From: a virus
Lineage: Duplodnaviria > Caudoviricetes
DNA: 51,812 nucleotides
Virus record (IMG/VR): IMGVR_UViG_3300027847_002828
Location: 1 to 51,812 of that record
Direction: 5' to 3' (one strand)
Positions within the stretch are counted from its first letter, which is position 1. Each line of letters begins with the position of its first letter. Below the pieces are notes generated by a model. The model was not told the origin of the DNA. It was given only the letters and a program-made list of their open reading frames with translations, and made no database searches. Positions 1 to 8,654 of the stretch are shown in pieces. Both the position numbers and the translations under genes were made by a program.

Positions 1-160
1 GGGTCCGCCACCGGGCATTCCACCGCCGGGTCCGCCACCGGGCATTCCACCGCCGGGTCCGCCACCGGGCTGTCCGCCACCGGGTCCGCCACCGGGCTGT
101 CCGCCACCGGGCATTCCACCACCGGGCATTCCACCACCGGGCATTCCACCACCGGGAAGC
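1..160. repeat. Short tandem repeats of 12-15 bp encoding PGGG(M/Q) units
   Basis: Repeated ccaccgggcattcca / ccgccaccgggt units. Confidence 0.9.
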
Positions 161-981
161 CCAATTGGTGGCTGCATAGGTGGCTGTCCGCCACTTCCAG
201 GTCCTCCTCCAGATGGGAACCCACCTGATTGAGGCGGCGGGAAGTTGCCACCCGGAGTCCCGCCTGGAAATACCGGCTGGACGGGGTACACGGGCATTCC
301 ACCACCTGTGTTACTAGTGTCACCCGGCATGAATACTGGTGGCTGCGGAAGCTGCGGCCAGCCCGGTGGGTATTGGGGTGGGTATTGGTATCCACCTCCG
401 GGTTGGCCGGGGCTGTTCGGTACCGGAGTGTTGGGGTCTACGCCTCCGGGTGTCTCACTGCCGGGAGGTGGCAGTTGGGGATAATCCGGGTTCGTGGTCC
501 CGCCAGGATTTGTGTACGGATCATACGGGCCAAGGTCGCCAGTTGTTGCAGGGTCTGCCGGGACACCTCCAGGCTGAGACGGATCAACCGGAACCTGTGG
601 CCACTGTGGCTGACCCTGGCCCGGACCCGATGGGATCGGGTCCCATCCACCCGGGACACCTCCAGGCTGAGACGGATCAACCGGAACCTGTGGCCACTGT
701 GGCTGACCCTGGCCCGGTAGGACCGGGTCCCATCCACCCGGGGAGGTCGGCCCAGAGTTCCACGGGCCTCCGGGACTAGAGGGTAAAGGCGCAGTGACGC
801 CTGGCCCAGCCGGGATCGGGTTCCATGGTGGCGGGGCCTGACCCTGACCCATGCCTGGTGATGTGGATCCTGGAGGCTGCATGGACATCTGCTGCGCACC
901 GCTGTTCTGGGCGTTACCGTTCATCGACTGATTGGTAATGCCGTTCTGTCTAGCACGCTGCGTGGGCGGGATATACACCAT
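1..981 (-). CDS. Pro/Gly-rich low-complexity virion-module protein (runs off left edge; not in ORF track)
   Basis: ATG at 981, 3 nt after the GT stop (SD GAGG); open to position 1: MVYIPPTQRARQNGITNQSMNG...PGQGQPQWPQVPVDPSQPGGVP...PGGGMPGGGMPGGGP. Confidence 0.8.
   Translation of the reverse strand, partial: MVYIPPTQRARQNGITNQSMNGNAQNSGAQQMSMQPPGSTSPGMGQGQAPPPWNPIPAGPGVTAPLPSSPGGPWNSGPTSPGGWDPVLPGQGQPQWPQVPVDPSQPGGVPGGWDPIPSGPGQGQPQWPQVPVDPSQPGGVPADPATTGDLGPYDPYTNPGGTTNPDYPQLPPPGSETPGGVDPNTPVPNSPGQPGGGYQYPPQYPPGWPQLPQPPVFMPGDTSNTGGGMPVYPVQPVFPGGTPGGNFPPPQSGGFPSGGGPGSGGQPPMQPPIGLPGGGMPGGGMPGGGMPGGGQPGGGPGGGQPGGGPGGGMPGGGPGGGMPGGGP
558..742. repeat. Tandem duplication with about 93-bp period (31-aa coding repeat)
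   Basis: Identical 67-bp block at 558-624 and 651-717; cgggtcccatccacccggg at 637 and 724. Confidence 0.9.
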
Positions 982-984
982 TGT

Positions 985-2436
985 TCACCTCATTTCGAGG
1001 AGCTTACCAGAAGCATCCACTTCGTTCCAGATGTCCTCGATGTGATCGGCCTCACAAGACCAGTCTACTAGGAACCTATAGCCAGTGTCATCGCTCAATC
1101 GCTTGTAGATCGCTGAGTCCACCCAGCCTTTGCAGTACGACGTGTCTGCTGAAAGAACCTCATTCGCAAGGCACGACCGGCGGAAGATCGTGCAGCCGAA
1201 GCCGTTTCCACCAACGCGGACAACGCCCTCTCCCTGTTGCCTACACAGCTCGCGGTTTTTGTCCCAATGGCAATAGGCGTCGGTATACCTCTGCCTGTAT
1301 GGGGCAGCGACAGACGCAACCCGAGAGGAAAACGATTTCATCAGTCGTAACCCCGTGTCCAAATGAGGGATTACGTCGTCCTCAAGTATCCACACGAACT
1401 CGGTTGTGACGTCTCGCATCATCTGATTGTAGATTTTGCCAACCTCAAGCGTCACCTCGTCTTGAACGTCCTTCTCTCGCCTGTCCATGTCAGCCAGTCC
1501 GGCGCGGCTGGCCTTTCTCTTGACGTAGCGGAAATCCGGGTAGTCGGACTGGTGCAGCCACTCCCTGACTTCTTCGCCAAATGCGACATCGTCACTGCCG
1601 TCGTACATCAGCAGTTTGATCTGATCCTTTGGCCACGTCTGCTCCTCAAGGAACTCACGCATGCGTGGCCATGCCCAGTCCCTGCCTGACAGCGGGATGA
1701 ACAGGGTCAGGTCTTCCATCTCCAGGCTGGCAGACTTGTAGTAGGGCACGCTTCCGTTGTTCAGATGCTCGTTTTTTCCGTGCATCCGGTACAGCAGCAT
1801 GGACGCCTGCTTCCCCACAGTCCAACCGGCACGCAGAACCGCCCTCCAGATGTACCAGTCTGCCATGGGTGCATACCCGATGGCGTCCTTCTCGAAGGCT
1901 TCGGTCAGATTCAGTGCGTGCCTGCGGACAAGAGCACTGCAATGGATGTAGTTGTCCCTCTCCATCATGTCACGGTTGAACGACGGATAGTGCTTTGTCT
2001 CGTACCTGTTGCCTATGGTGTGCAGGTCTGACGTGACAATCCCCACCCTGTAATCAGCGAACAGGGGCATGCCCCCGGCCAGGTAGTCACGCTCCATCAT
2101 GTCGTCGGCGTCAACGAAACAGACTATGTCGCTCTTGGTGTTCCTAAACCCGAACCCCCGTGACAGGTACACGTCCCGGTATGCCACTTTCTCGTACCTG
2201 ACCCCGTCATTCTGGTAGTCTTTGGCCACCTGTGCCGTGTTGTCTGACGAGGAGTCGTCAACAACCAGTATCTCCCGTGGACGCTTGGTCTGATCCACAA
2301 CGCTCCGGATGCACTCCCCCAGGAATCTGCCGTAGTTGTGAGACACGATGACCACCGACACCGTGTTCGCACCCGGCGTGCCCTTGGCAAGCATGCTGCG
2401 AATCTTGCCGCCCATCTTTCTTTTCTTGCGATTCAT
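985..2436 (-). CDS. Glycosyltransferase family 2, two GT-A-like domains
   Basis: VSVVIVSHNYGRFLGECIRSV, VVDDSSSD, FVDADD; second domain WILEDDV...GGNGFGCTIF; start chosen at the ATGA overlap (2436). Confidence 0.88.
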   Translation of the reverse strand: MNRKKRKMGGKIRSMLAKGTPGANTVSVVIVSHNYGRFLGECIRSVVDQTKRPREILVVDDSSSDNTAQVAKDYQNDGVRYEKVAYRDVYLSRGFGFRNTKSDIVCFVDADDMMERDYLAGGMPLFADYRVGIVTSDLHTIGNRYETKHYPSFNRDMMERDNYIHCSALVRRHALNLTEAFEKDAIGYAPMADWYIWRAVLRAGWTVGKQASMLLYRMHGKNEHLNNGSVPYYKSASLEMEDLTLFIPLSGRDWAWPRMREFLEEQTWPKDQIKLLMYDGSDDVAFGEEVREWLHQSDYPDFRYVKRKASRAGLADMDRREKDVQDEVTLEVGKIYNQMMRDVTTEFVWILEDDVIPHLDTGLRLMKSFSSRVASVAAPYRQRYTDAYCHWDKNRELCRQQGEGVVRVGGNGFGCTIFRRSCLANEVLSADTSYCKGWVDSAIYKRLSDDTGYRFLVDWSCEADHIEDIWNEVDASGKLLEMR

Positions 2437-3494
2437 GATGCCACCCATGCTCTGGCATCCACGTTCAGGTCTATGTAGCACACGGGACTGCCACCAGTGT
2501 CCGTCACGCCCGTCCCGTTACTGACCCAACGGATATAGATTTCTGACCCATCGACATACACTGTCTCCACGTCATACGGGGGATCAACCGTCTGCGACTC
2601 GCTGACACCTCCTGCTGTAGCAGTACGAGCCTGACTGTCATCCTCTACGTCTGTGTAGGAGTTGCCGCTAATGGTCTCACCATCGTAATAACTCGTCCTC
2701 AAGACTGGAGGTTTGGCCACGGTGACCGTGTCTCCGATGATCTCCCGTTTCACCTCCAGGTACTCCTCGTAGACGGCAGTCACTTCGCCACGGTTGACAG
2801 CCCACCCGTGCAGGTTCTTGATCCACCACAGGGGGTTCCCGTTGAGGGTCAACTGGTGTGCTGTATCAGGCGGGTGGCTACCTTGCAGCGTCGAAGAATC
2901 AGAGCAGTTGACACGGGACGACTTCTGCAAGCTGGACAGCATCTGGCCGTAACCGGCTATTACCACGAACGTCGGTGGGTCTATGCCCACCAGTCCGGGT
3001 ATGCCAGTTCCGCTGTTCCCGGTGTTGTATCCGCTCTTGAGATCAGCCCCTCCCTGAGTCTTCTTGTTCACTCCTGGTCCAGCAGGCGAGCCGCTAGGGT
3101 TGTCTGTGCTGTCCGGGGTAAGTGTCGTGTATCCCCCGTGACCACCTACCGACGAGTATTTCTGATGCACCAAGTCCGGGTCCAGGGCGTAGTTTATCAG
3201 AGGGATGATTTCGTTGGCCACGATCCCCTCTGACCCCATCCCCACGCCTAGTGTTGATTGCTCACCCTTGTCGTTGATGACAGACAGTCCGCTGTGGTTC
3301 GTGTCCCCCACGTTGTTGATGCGGATAGCGGGACCGTTCGTCTTGTTGTTCAGGACCAGAGGCTCCTCCAGAGTGATCCCATCTGAAGATGACAACGCAG
3401 CCACCAACGCCTCGGAAAACTCCTGTACCTCAGGAGACCACTCCCTCTGGGACAGGTTTGCGATTACTCCACCAAACAAGGACTTCAAGCTCAC
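2433..3494 (-). CDS. Putative tail/virion structural protein
   Basis: 353 aa, Gly/Thr/Ser-rich, translationally coupled within the tail module. Confidence 0.6.
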   Translation of the reverse strand: MSLKSLFGGVIANLSQREWSPEVQEFSEALVAALSSSDGITLEEPLVLNNKTNGPAIRINNVGDTNHSGLSVINDKGEQSTLGVGMGSEGIVANEIIPLINYALDPDLVHQKYSSVGGHGGYTTLTPDSTDNPSGSPAGPGVNKKTQGGADLKSGYNTGNSGTGIPGLVGIDPPTFVVIAGYGQMLSSLQKSSRVNCSDSSTLQGSHPPDTAHQLTLNGNPLWWIKNLHGWAVNRGEVTAVYEEYLEVKREIIGDTVTVAKPPVLRTSYYDGETISGNSYTDVEDDSQARTATAGGVSESQTVDPPYDVETVYVDGSEIYIRWVSNGTGVTDTGGSPVCYIDLNVDARAWVAS

Positions 3495-5779
3495 TGCTGC
3501 ACTCCATGGACGGATATCTCGAACACCTTCTGCCTCTCAGTGGAGGGCACGCCTTCCACCTCGATACGCACATACATTGGTGACTTTGTCCGTCCCTGAC
3601 GCACCCCATCAAAGAAGTGCTCTACAACACCAGTGGTCTCTGTTGTGTCTACTACGATATCAGATGAACCCTTCTCAGTAGCTGACCCGTCCCCCTCTGA
3701 CTGGGCACGGTCGTACTGCATCGGGTCCGCCTCTGTCGAATGATCCAGGTAACGCCTCACGGATAGACGTGAGCCTTTATCGGGCTGGAACACCAGCTCA
3801 AATCCACGCACGTCGTTGCTGTCCGTCCAGACCCAGCGTAGCATTCCGCTTTTCCAGATCCAGCGTATTCCACCGAGCTGGTACTTGCTCGTGTTGTCCG
3901 GCCTCACCAGCCATGGCCGGTCAATAGTAAGCCTCTCTCCGCTCGCTGCTACCACAAGCCTCTGCTGCCCCTTTCCCCGTCCACCTGTGATCTGGATGGG
4001 AGTGCCAACCACGGCACTGCTGAACGAAGCCGAGGGGTCACTGGATGTCACCTGGGTGGATGTACCCAATGTTCCCGATATCTTTCCGTCCGTCGTCCCT
4101 AACCCGTCCAGGGAGCCGGTGTTTGACGCAACGACCTGACGACCGTCCATTCCGAGGTACATCTGCCTGCCACCCTGCAATTCACCCACCGTGGACGACG
4201 TGACAGGTCGGCTGTATTCCTCTACCCACCAGCGTGAGTGGATGTAGTGGTAACACAGAGCGTGCCTCGGATACCTCATCCCCGACAGGCAGACAAACCA
4301 CTTGATGGTCTGCTCACTGGGGTAGTGTGCAGCGTGGAAGTTGTCTGCATTCTTCCAGTTGATCGCCAGCTCACCCCTGCCTGAGAACATCGGTTGCAGG
4401 TCTGATGCCAGCTCCTGGGCCTGCCTGCCGTCGTAGGCGTATATCCCCTTTCGGTCAAGCAGGTAGGCATTGCCTTCCACAGTGACCCAGCATTTCTGGT
4501 TGACACAGCCTCTCCATGTGCCAAGGAACACCCTGCCGTCGTCCTTGGGGCTGGTGACGTATTCCAGTCGGTACAGCCGGTGCTCGAACAGTACGAACAG
4601 GGAGCTGGACAGCGGCATCAGGCCTGTCATTTCTCCAGCCTGCGGGTCCTCGGTGATCGTCAGGTAGTCACCGTCCGCCTCCTCCTTGTTCCATGAATCA
4701 GGGAAATCCACCTTGCTATAGAAGACACGCAGTGCACTCTGCCCGCCTGGAGCGATGGCGTAGTCCGCAAAGGGTGACGTTGTCCCGTCGTATTCTGCTG
4801 ACAACGTCAGCGTCTGGTTCGTGGTGTCAACTGATGCAATCGCGTAGCTCTTGGTGTTTCCCGACACGTTCGGATACAACACTCTCCCGGCCAGGTTTGA
4901 CGTCCACCCGGTTCCAATCCCTGTGACGGTCGTCGAGCTGTTCGTCAACACGACGCTGCCCTCCGTGTACGTCATGTCCACGGCTGCCCACAGGCGGCTG
5001 TAATGGGAGATCAACACCTGCTTCAGTCCGGGCGGCTCGCCATGAACAGACACGGAAAAGTCATTTCCGTTGTCGTCCATCAGGGTCACCTCCTCTAGAG
5101 CACCCAGGTCGTCGTCCGTGTTGGTTGAACTGAAGCTCGTGTCCGTCAGGTCTGTGTCAGTGACGTCTATGTAAAAGACGTTGACTGATCCGTCCTTTGA
5201 TCTGAGGATCTGTCTCGTTGTGACACGGCTGTCCGTGGGGACTTCGACATTCGTGTAGTTGATCGTCGAGGCCCCGCCTGACCACTCGCCGCCGCTGGTG
5301 TAGTCTCCCGTGCCCTCCGATTCATCCAGTGTAAATGTCGTTGTGCCCACCACGGTAATTGCCCAGCGTCCATTTGCGCCGTAGTTCCCCCTCACTCCAC
5401 TGATCTTCACCGATGCTCCAGTGGACAGCCCGTGAGATGCCGCCGTCGTTATCTTGATTGGGCTGGCATTTAAGGCATTACTGACCGCCCCGCTACTGAC
5501 AGCTATGCTGTACGAGGAGGACAATGGAGACAAGTTGCTCAGGCGACCATCGGCATCCAGAAACCTCAGATAGGCGTAGATCGTACCCACGATTGGACCC
5601 GTCCCCGACGCTGCCAAGGTGACCGCCGTGCCAGGTGCCGGAACCCCCGCGTCCACAAAGTCTGAGGCCAACCCGTCCCACCGCTTCACAGGCTGGTCAC
5701 CACGGGCCATATAGATGTTCCCGTCCGCCGTCTTGGTGAACGTCGGGACTGGAACCCTGGCTGTGAAACTGTCACTCAT
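3491..5779 (-). CDS. Tail nozzle / stabilisation protein (P22 gp10/T7 gp12-like) with FCCH-like beta-barrel insert
   Basis: 762 aa; propeller-like motifs (VFYSKVDFPDSW, LFVLFEHRLY, GCVNQK, YLLDRKGIYAYDG); ASPIKITTAASHGLSTG...YTSGG insert. Confidence 0.7.
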   Translation of the reverse strand: MSDSFTARVPVPTFTKTADGNIYMARGDQPVKRWDGLASDFVDAGVPAPGTAVTLAASGTGPIVGTIYAYLRFLDADGRLSNLSPLSSSYSIAVSSGAVSNALNASPIKITTAASHGLSTGASVKISGVRGNYGANGRWAITVVGTTTFTLDESEGTGDYTSGGEWSGGASTINYTNVEVPTDSRVTTRQILRSKDGSVNVFYIDVTDTDLTDTSFSSTNTDDDLGALEEVTLMDDNGNDFSVSVHGEPPGLKQVLISHYSRLWAAVDMTYTEGSVVLTNSSTTVTGIGTGWTSNLAGRVLYPNVSGNTKSYAIASVDTTNQTLTLSAEYDGTTSPFADYAIAPGGQSALRVFYSKVDFPDSWNKEEADGDYLTITEDPQAGEMTGLMPLSSSLFVLFEHRLYRLEYVTSPKDDGRVFLGTWRGCVNQKCWVTVEGNAYLLDRKGIYAYDGRQAQELASDLQPMFSGRGELAINWKNADNFHAAHYPSEQTIKWFVCLSGMRYPRHALCYHYIHSRWWVEEYSRPVTSSTVGELQGGRQMYLGMDGRQVVASNTGSLDGLGTTDGKISGTLGTSTQVTSSDPSASFSSAVVGTPIQITGGRGKGQQRLVVAASGERLTIDRPWLVRPDNTSKYQLGGIRWIWKSGMLRWVWTDSNDVRGFELVFQPDKGSRLSVRRYLDHSTEADPMQYDRAQSEGDGSATEKGSSDIVVDTTETTGVVEHFFDGVRQGRTKSPMYVRIEVEGVPSTERQKVFEISVHGVQQ

Positions 5780-6201
5780 TAGCTTGTCCTCGGATTCTTC
5801 CTGAATTCAAGAACACCGGAGTCCAGATGTCCGACAATGTGGCTGGCCTGTGGGCGCTTGTAATGCTGCACTGCCGTGTACGCCCCATCCTGGTGACCAC
5901 CACCCACCACCCTGAACCGCTTCAGATCCGCCCCGTTGTGGGTTCCTGCCGACCACTCGAACAGAGCGTGATGCACGCCCTCGCTGAACCCTGACGCCAG
6001 CCTGCCCTCGATCTCGAACATCCCTGTCCTGTTGCTGACATCCTTTGCAGGGATGGACTTTCCGCTGACAACGGACGCGAAGTCCCCGTCGTATACCGTC
6101 ACAGTGGGAGCACTGTCCGGAGCGACAGCGTCACCGTTTGCATCAGTGCATTGCACGGACAACGGAACCCACTCACCCAGCTTATAGCGTCCCAGATACA
6201 T
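5779..6201 (-). CDS. Small beta-rich virion protein, paralog of 8155-8475
   Basis: MYLGRYKLGEWVPLSVQCTDANGDAVAPDSAPTVTVY aligns with FIGFIDLDDTLPVAIQCRNSSGVVTAPSSAPTYTVY. Confidence 0.7.
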   Translation of the reverse strand: MYLGRYKLGEWVPLSVQCTDANGDAVAPDSAPTVTVYDGDFASVVSGKSIPAKDVSNRTGMFEIEGRLASGFSEGVHHALFEWSAGTHNGADLKRFRVVGGGHQDGAYTAVQHYKRPQASHIVGHLDSGVLEFRKNPRTS

Positions 6202-8155
6202 CGAGTTCTTCTTCCTCTCCATCTAACATATGCCTGCCCACCCTGAGAGAAGGCGGGATAACCGGTGCGATGTATGGCATGGCCTTTCCGTACATCCCCG
6301 GATCCAGCCCAGCTACCGATGCTCTGGTTCTGGCCCGGTGTCCGGTCACTGTGGTGAGCGGGTCCCAGATCATGTCCTCTATCATCTCCGTGAACTTTTT
6401 GCCGATTGGCCTGTTGCTTGTGATATCGACGACAGTCGGCTCATGCCATCCACTGCCCCCTCTGCCGGCTTCTTCCAGTGCCAGGTCATACTCTCCAATC
6501 TCCCTAAAGACCGGCGAACTGGTGGGCGAGCCGTGGGTGGTCTTAATATTCTTCTGCCTGATTGCACCTGGGTCATTGGTGACTGCCCGTCCGGTATCCG
6601 GGTCCAGCATCAGGTTGTGCATTTTCCTGCCTGATCCCATGTCCTTGACGTCCCATGGATTGAGGCCCTGCCTTTCTACTTGGTCCTTCCATGCGTAGAA
6701 TTCTTGATTGTGTATTTGTTTATTTCCCAGGTCTTCTCCTCCTTGAACCACGGCTTGCCGTCTCACATACGCCGCCTTCTCGGCATCGTCCATCGCATTT
6801 ATGATGTCCGACCCTTGCCCAGCGGTTAGCTGCCCGCCGGGGATCTCCTCCAGCATGGGGGAATGCGTGATCTGGATAGCCTCGTGGCCTGGGGTTGGAG
6901 TTGCTAGCTTCCTCTTCGCGTCATGAAAATTAATCATGGCACGTTGCATCTCCTCATGGGTTGCCCCAAGAGAATCTTGAATGTCAGAAACGCCTCGGCC
7001 TGTCGCCAGACGAGCGTCCCCTTTCCCTTGCGCATCTAAAAGCGGAGCAATTATCCGCTGGTCCTCAACATCCAAATGACGCAAGACGACTTCATCCGTA
7101 GCAGGCGTTTCTGGCCAGTTACCCCGCCTAAGACGCGACCTAACTCCGTGACGGCCTGCTTCTGCCGACGCAGCCCCAGAAGATGGAGCGGGAGAAAAGT
7201 CTGATGTATGCGGACCAGTCCAGACAGATGGCGTTGTTCCCTCCTGCGCTCGCAACCAGGAAGAACGAGGACTAGGAGAATGCAAGCTAGACAGTGCCTC
7301 CTCTCCAGACCCCCGCAGGGAGACGCCCCCCCAACCACCACCCCGCAGCCGTCTATTGATGTCACTCGTGTTGGTTGGCGGTCGGCTCGGGTGCTGGTGT
7401 AAGCTCCGGCCAGGTGCCCGCCAGTTGATGGCAGCGGCGGGAGTGGGCGGCGTCAGGCCAAGAGCGGGGAATACTTCACCAGTTTCCGGGTGTCGCGTCT
7501 GTATCGAGGGAGTGGCAGTATCAGACCTGATAACCGCATGTCTCCTGATCGGGACCATTTGCTCTACGTCCGGAATCCTCATGCTTTCTACAATCGCTGA
7601 TTCAGGCATATCAGTCGGATGTATGTTCCCCCCGCCTAGAGGAGATCGGGATACCCGAACCACTCCGCCCTGGGGTGTTTCCAAGGCCATGGCTTCAACG
7701 CCCTCATCAAGACGCCTACTTCCCGGAGGTATTTCCCGCAGAAGTTCTCGCTCCACCGGATCGGACGGTGGAAGAATCCTCCTCTCGTCGGTAACCCTGA
7801 TACTTCCGGCATCGTCCAGGTTTTCAATACGCTTCCTGAACGTCGTGCGGTAACGGGGACCGAGCTTGGCGGACATCTTAGCACCCTTGAGGGCACCCAG
7901 ACCTCCGACGAGCATCATGGGGTCCAGCAGCATCTCCACGCCCATGCCGGCCATCATTCCGGGGTCTTCCATCCCCCAGTGTTTCAGGACATCAGCGCCC
8001 GTAGCCCTGTTCTTGGAACTGACCCAGGCTTCAGGTCCCTCAAGCTGGTCCAGTGGGTTCTCCCACGCAAACGCATCCCTGACCATTGACCCCGGCAGGT
8101 CAAACAGGTTCATCAGCCCGAGGCCGAAGTCCTTCCAGAAGTCACTCATCGACAT
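6182..8155 (-). CDS. Putative ejected virion protein with shared N-terminal domain and degenerate kinase-like motifs
   Basis: N-terminus homologous to that of 44163-48224; LDEGVEAMALETPQGGVVRV and WDVKD...HNLMLDPDTGRAVTNDPG. Confidence 0.6.
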   Translation of the reverse strand: MSMSDFWKDFGLGLMNLFDLPGSMVRDAFAWENPLDQLEGPEAWVSSKNRATGADVLKHWGMEDPGMMAGMGVEMLLDPMMLVGGLGALKGAKMSAKLGPRYRTTFRKRIENLDDAGSIRVTDERRILPPSDPVERELLREIPPGSRRLDEGVEAMALETPQGGVVRVSRSPLGGGNIHPTDMPESAIVESMRIPDVEQMVPIRRHAVIRSDTATPSIQTRHPETGEVFPALGLTPPTPAAAINWRAPGRSLHQHPSRPPTNTSDINRRLRGGGWGGVSLRGSGEEALSSLHSPSPRSSWLRAQEGTTPSVWTGPHTSDFSPAPSSGAASAEAGRHGVRSRLRRGNWPETPATDEVVLRHLDVEDQRIIAPLLDAQGKGDARLATGRGVSDIQDSLGATHEEMQRAMINFHDAKRKLATPTPGHEAIQITHSPMLEEIPGGQLTAGQGSDIINAMDDAEKAAYVRRQAVVQGGEDLGNKQIHNQEFYAWKDQVERQGLNPWDVKDMGSGRKMHNLMLDPDTGRAVTNDPGAIRQKNIKTTHGSPTSSPVFREIGEYDLALEEAGRGGSGWHEPTVVDITSNRPIGKKFTEMIEDMIWDPLTTVTGHRARTRASVAGLDPGMYGKAMPYIAPVIPPSLRVGRHMLDGEEEELDVSGTL

Positions 8156-8475
8156 CAGGTCACCATGAACGTGCCAATTGCCGCCCTGTTTTGGCTGTCA
8201 GCCGTGTATTCGTAGATCACAGTGTAGAGCTTGTTGGTCTCATACCCCGTTGACGACGTTGTCGCGATGCTGCCCGTCCGGAACCCTACCTTCGAGTCCT
8301 TGTCGCTGGCATCCAGTGACCCCGTGGCGATGTATACCGAGAACCCCGGCGGGTACACCGTGTAGGTCGGTGCGGAGGACGGTGCTGTCACTACACCTGA
8401 CGAGTTGCGGCACTGGATCGCCACAGGCAGCGTGTCGTCCAGATCAATGAAGCCTATGAATCCAATATCGTCCAT
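8155..8475 (-). CDS. Small beta-rich virion protein, paralog of 5779-6201
   Basis: Shared P-x-x-(V/I)-Q-C...AP-x-SAPT-x-TVY motif; TAATG and TGATG coupling. Confidence 0.7.
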   Translation of the reverse strand: MDDIGFIGFIDLDDTLPVAIQCRNSSGVVTAPSSAPTYTVYPPGFSVYIATGSLDASDKDSKVGFRTGSIATTSSTGYETNKLYTVIYEYTADSQNRAAIGTFMVT

Positions 8476-8654
8476 TACTCACCCTCGAATTTCACAACCG
8501 CGTACCCGGTGCGGGACTGTAGAACGCCCACGTCCTCGCACACGGCATTGATCTGCTTGTCTGATGCACCGGGGGGCAGATCCCTGACATCCGTCTCTCT
8601 CTTGAGGCCCGGAAAGTCCTTGATAACGATACTTGTTGTTGGTGCGGCTGCCAT
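8475..8654 (-). CDS. 59-aa protein resembling the N-terminal segment of tail stabilisation proteins (not in ORF track)
   Basis: MAAAPTTSIVIKDFPGLKRETDVRDLPPGASDKQINAVCEDVGVLQSRTGYAVVKFEGE; TAATG overlaps at both ends. Confidence 0.75.
   Translation of the reverse strand: MAAAPTTSIVIKDFPGLKRETDVRDLPPGASDKQINAVCEDVGVLQSRTGYAVVKFEGE

Noticed and set aside
229-899. ORF-track calls over the repeat region (229-720, 245-484, 339-779, 438-899)
   Set aside because: Shadows of the GC-rich, stop-poor minus-strand gene starting at 981
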